DNA of 11,226 nucleotides from a virus: UHGV virus genome UHGV-1656500; one strand, 5' to 3'. Shown piece by piece: positions 8,001 to 11,226 of this stretch (position 1 is its first letter; each line of letters starts with the position of its first letter). The notes under the pieces were generated by a model. It saw only the letters and a program-made list of their open reading frames with translations, ran no database searches and was not told where the DNA came from. The position numbers and the translations under genes were made by a program.

Positions 8001-8028
8001 AAACCCCGTATAAACGGGGTTTTTTATT
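8001..8028 (+). terminator. Rho-independent terminator downstream of the lipoprotein gene
   Basis: aaaccccgt-ataa-acggggttt: a perfect 6-bp GC-rich stem (up to 9 bp with the A/T extension), 4-nt loop, then tttttt. Begins 21 nt after the lipoprotein stop. Confidence 0.75.
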
Positions 8029-8048
8029 GCCTGAAATTCGGAGGCTTA

Positions 8049-8429
8049 ATGTTCAATCAAGATAAATACCTTTCGGTCAGATGGCTGAAGGGCGGTCGCG
8101 CTTACCCTGAACTTGACTGTTTCGGCATTGTGAATGAGGTGCGTCGCGATCTGGGGCTTCATGAGTGGCCGGATTTCGCCGGAGTGACGAAAGATAGTGG
8201 AGGGCTTAATCGAGAAGCGAGGAAACTGATGCTTTCCCTACAACGCTGCGAGCCATGTGAAGGTGCGGGTGTTGCCTGCTATTCAGGCTCAACTGTTACG
8301 CATGTCGGCGTTGTCGTGGTGCTTAATGGCCGTCTGCATGTGGCCGAATGCAACCCTAAATCCAACGTTTCTTTTACGCCGGTGGCGCAGTTTGTTCGCC
8401 GCTTCGTTAAAGTGGAGTTCTGGAAGTGA
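8049..8429 (+). CDS. Tail-tip assembly protein with an NlpC/P60-like papain-fold domain (gpK-like, single domain)
   Basis: ATG at 8049 with GGAGG 4 nt upstream. 126 aa. Candidate catalytic residues in NlpC/P60 order and spacing: Cys24 (ELDCFGIV), His85 (VTHVGVVV), His97 (LHVAEC). Confidence 0.55.
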   Translation: MFNQDKYLSVRWLKGGRAYPELDCFGIVNEVRRDLGLHEWPDFAGVTKDSGGLNREARKLMLSLQRCEPCEGAGVACYSGSTVTHVGVVVVLNGRLHVAECNPKSNVSFTPVAQFVRRFVKVEFWK

Positions 8430-11143
8430 CCATCAGAATTTATCCTTCCCGGTTACCCGGCGAGCCGCTGGAAACGCATGAACATGGTGCGGTGACTATT
8501 CATCAGTGGATGGCGCGGAATGTTGAAAATTACCGCGCTGACATGAAGCATCCGATCGCCATTGAAGTGGACGGCGTGAATATCCCGGCTGCTGCATGGT
8601 TTGATTATGCGATCAGCCCGAAAAGTGATGTGCACATTTATCCGGTCCCTCATGGCGCCGTTGCGCTGGCGTGGATTGCCGTTGCTGTTTCGGTCGCATC
8701 TGTTGCTTATGCGCTGTTCTTTGCGCCTGGCGCATCAGATCTCGGTGGTTTCTCTTCGTCGACAGGCGATTCACTGGACGTTAACCCGGCAAAAGCGAAC
8801 CGTGCAAAGCTGGGTGATCCAATTCGCGAGTTGTTCGGACGCCGCCGAATTTACCCCGATTACGTAGTGCAACCGGTAACCCGCTTCAGCCCGGACGATC
8901 CGACAGTGATGACCGTTGAAATGTTCGTTGCTCTGGGATTCGGACAATTTTCATTCGGCGAAGGGGATATGCGCGTCGGCGCCACGCCCGTTTCATCGCT
9001 TGGTGATGGTTTCGCATACACCGTTTTTCAGCCGGGCCAGAATGTGGCTGGTGATCGCCGTAGTGAAAACTGGTTTAACTCTACCGAGGTTGGCGGGACG
9101 TCATCGGGTGCCGGGCTGGATATGGCCCAGACCGCACCGGATACGGATGATGTGGTAGCGCAGTCACTGACGGTGTCGGGAAGCACAATCACGTTTAACG
9201 GATTAAGCGCTGATGATGATACTGCAACAAACGAGCTGCCTGATTCGTGGATTGCTGGCGCAACGGTTGAGCTAATCGTACCCGATCAGTTTGTTGTTAC
9301 CAATGATGGCGCATACAGCAGCATTACCAGTGACAATCTGGCGGAAATAGCCCCTTACGTCGGAATGCCGGTAACGCTCTGGTACAACAGCGTCGACTAC
9401 AGTCTGTTTATCGCTTCGTATACGCCGCATGCAGACGCGACAGAGGAAGAAGAGGAAGTCACCGCGTCGATAACGCTGGCTTATGAGAGTGAAACCGGCG
9501 CGCCTTTTACGGGTATTCCTGAGGGGTATATCAGGCTTTCCGTTTCTCACGCTGGGTATCAGTACAAAATTTTCGATGTGGACGGCACCAGTGTAACTCT
9601 TCAACGCTTGATTGATGGTGTTGTCGATAACACATGGCCGGGTTTCGTGGCGCACACCGTGCTTGATTTTGAGGCATCTGGCGTTAACCAGAATGACTCC
9701 TGGATGGGACCATTTCTGGCATGCCCGGATAATGAAACCATAGACATGTTTGAAGTGAATTTCTTCTTCCCGAATGGAATTTGCGGGTACGACAAAAAAG
9801 GGAGAAAACAAAACAGAACGGTTCGCTGGGAAGTTCAGTACCGTGTCTATGGCTCTGGTTCTGGCTGGATGAGCAAAACCGGTTCGTATAACACAAAAAA
9901 TATTAATGGCCTTGGTTTCACTGAGCGCATCACGCTGAGTTCTCCCGGACTTGTTGAAGTGCGGTGCCGACGCACTAACGAACAGGGGCAGGATAACAGT
10001 CGCGATAATATGTACTGGCAATCATTGCGTGGCCGCCTACTGACCAGACCGTCATCGTATGCTGGCGTAACAACGATGGGGGTCACGGTGGAAACCGGTG
10101 GCAAGCTGGCAGCGCAGTCCGATCGCCGGGTGAACGTGGTAGCTACAAGGATTTACGACACTGGCGCGGCGCGCAGCATCTCCGGCGCGCTGTACCACGT
10201 TGGTAACTCGCTTGGGCTGGACATGGACACCGACGCCATTAATGCGCTGGAAAGTACCTACTGGACGCCTGACAATGAGTTTTTCGACTTCGAGACGACC
10301 GAAAGCACATCTGCGCTGGAGGTTTTGCAGAAGATCGCCAACGCCGGGAAAAGCTATTTTCTGCTTGCAGACGGGCTTGCCTCGGTTGCGCGCGAAGGCG
10401 TTAAGCCCTGGTCGGGGGTTATCAGTCCGCATGAGATGACCGAAGACCTGCAAACCGCGTTCGTGGCTCCGTCTGACGACGACTATGACGGCGTGGACGT
10501 TACGTATATCAACGGCACCACCTGGGCGGAGGAAACGGTACAGTGCCGGATACCGGGAAATCCAACGCCCGTAAAAATCGAAGACTACACGCTTGACGGT
10601 GTGCTCGACCGTGACCGGGCATATCAGATCGGCATGCGGCGGCTGATGAAGTACCTACAGCAACGGCTGACACATACGACCTCAACAGAACTGGACGCAC
10701 TTTGCTATAACGTCGGCGATCGTATCGTGCTGACCGACGACATACCGGGCAGCCAGACAGTCAGCGCGCTGATTGAAGAGATAGATACCACTGATAACAA
10801 GACAACGTTTACGGTGACGGAGCCTCTTGACTGGTCTTTCGAGAACCCTCGCGTGCTGATACGTTACCAGGATGGCACCGCTTCTGGCCTGATGACGGCA
10901 ACGAGAATGGGGGATTATCAGGTGCTGGTTCCTGAACAAGCAGAGTTCAGCTCTATCATTCTCAATGATCCGTCTATCGAACCGCCGCGCCTGATTTTCT
11001 GCGATTCTTCACGCACAGGTTATGACGCTATCGTCTCAGAGATAGCACCACAATCAGACGGCACATGCCAGATAACTGCGAAGCAGTATAAACCCAACTT
11101 CTACGATTACGACAATGCCACTTATCCCGGCAATGTAGGATGA
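8426..11143 (+). CDS. Large tail-tip protein (905 aa): gpI-like N-terminal module fused to a gpJ-like tail-tip module
   Basis: GTG at 8426 overlaps the upstream stop (GTGA), with GGAG about 9 nt upstream. One uninterrupted ORF. N-terminal ~200 aa recall lambda gpI (VHIYPVPHG then the hydrophobic stretch AVALAWIAVAVSVASVAYALFFAPGA, and GDMRVGATPVSS). Later segments recall the N-terminal half of gpJ (YWQSLRGRLLTRPSSY; RAYQIGMRRLMKYLQQ...GDRIVLTDD). Confidence 0.65.
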   Translation: MTIRIYPSRLPGEPLETHEHGAVTIHQWMARNVENYRADMKHPIAIEVDGVNIPAAAWFDYAISPKSDVHIYPVPHGAVALAWIAVAVSVASVAYALFFAPGASDLGGFSSSTGDSLDVNPAKANRAKLGDPIRELFGRRRIYPDYVVQPVTRFSPDDPTVMTVEMFVALGFGQFSFGEGDMRVGATPVSSLGDGFAYTVFQPGQNVAGDRRSENWFNSTEVGGTSSGAGLDMAQTAPDTDDVVAQSLTVSGSTITFNGLSADDDTATNELPDSWIAGATVELIVPDQFVVTNDGAYSSITSDNLAEIAPYVGMPVTLWYNSVDYSLFIASYTPHADATEEEEEVTASITLAYESETGAPFTGIPEGYIRLSVSHAGYQYKIFDVDGTSVTLQRLIDGVVDNTWPGFVAHTVLDFEASGVNQNDSWMGPFLACPDNETIDMFEVNFFFPNGICGYDKKGRKQNRTVRWEVQYRVYGSGSGWMSKTGSYNTKNINGLGFTERITLSSPGLVEVRCRRTNEQGQDNSRDNMYWQSLRGRLLTRPSSYAGVTTMGVTVETGGKLAAQSDRRVNVVATRIYDTGAARSISGALYHVGNSLGLDMDTDAINALESTYWTPDNEFFDFETTESTSALEVLQKIANAGKSYFLLADGLASVAREGVKPWSGVISPHEMTEDLQTAFVAPSDDDYDGVDVTYINGTTWAEETVQCRIPGNPTPVKIEDYTLDGVLDRDRAYQIGMRRLMKYLQQRLTHTTSTELDALCYNVGDRIVLTDDIPGSQTVSALIEEIDTTDNKTTFTVTEPLDWSFENPRVLIRYQDGTASGLMTATRMGDYQVLVPEQAEFSSIILNDPSIEPPRLIFCDSSRTGYDAIVSEIAPQSDGTCQITAKQYKPNFYDYDNATYPGNVG

Positions 11144-11185
11144 TCGTGATGTAGTGTAATATCGACCGTGGATGCGGGAGGGGAT

Positions 11186-11226
11186 ATGGCGGTTCAGTTA
11201 AAGGATGTTGTGTTACACGAGGTTGG
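11186..11226 (+). CDS. 5' end of the next gene (possibly a distal tail fibre/host-range protein), truncated by the window end
   Basis: ATG at 11186 preceded by GGGAGGGG; open to the window end (MAVQLKDVVLHEV...). Too short to assign. Confidence 0.3.
   Translation, partial: MAVQLKDVVLHEV

Noticed and set aside
9272-10021. 249-aa minus-strand ORF and several smaller ORFs (8453-8653, 9601-9795, 9684-9896, 9847-10104, 10052-10453, 10509-10700, 10682-10939, and plus-strand 8601-8867, 8916-9158, 10200-10439) inside the large tail-tip gene
   Set aside because: All lie within the continuous 905-aa plus-strand ORF; treated as frame shadows.
1-11226. Integrase, attachment sites, tRNA or IS elements that would mark a prophage boundary
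   Set aside because: None recognised. The window appears to lie entirely within the late structural operon, so the prophage versus free-phage context cannot be established from this sequence.

Overview
All-plus-strand, tightly coupled late structural operon of a lambda-like siphovirus (probably an enterobacterial prophage): the tail of a head gene, four head-tail joining/neck genes, major tail protein, frameshifting tail-assembly chaperone pair, tape measure, and tail-tip genes. No rRNA, tRNA, CRISPR array or transposase was seen. Five things stand out: (1) an AT-rich lipoprotein moron with its own intrinsic terminator inserted between two tail-tip genes; (2) a 905-aa tail-tip protein that looks like a lambda gpI-like module fused in one ORF to a gpJ-like module; (3) a tape measure gene broken into two frames; (4) a canonical A_AAA_AAG -1 slippery site in the chaperone gene; (5) an in-frame 9-nt tandem repeat encoding (QEQ)n at the window start. 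All family assignments are from reading the translations and recalled motifs, not from any database search.
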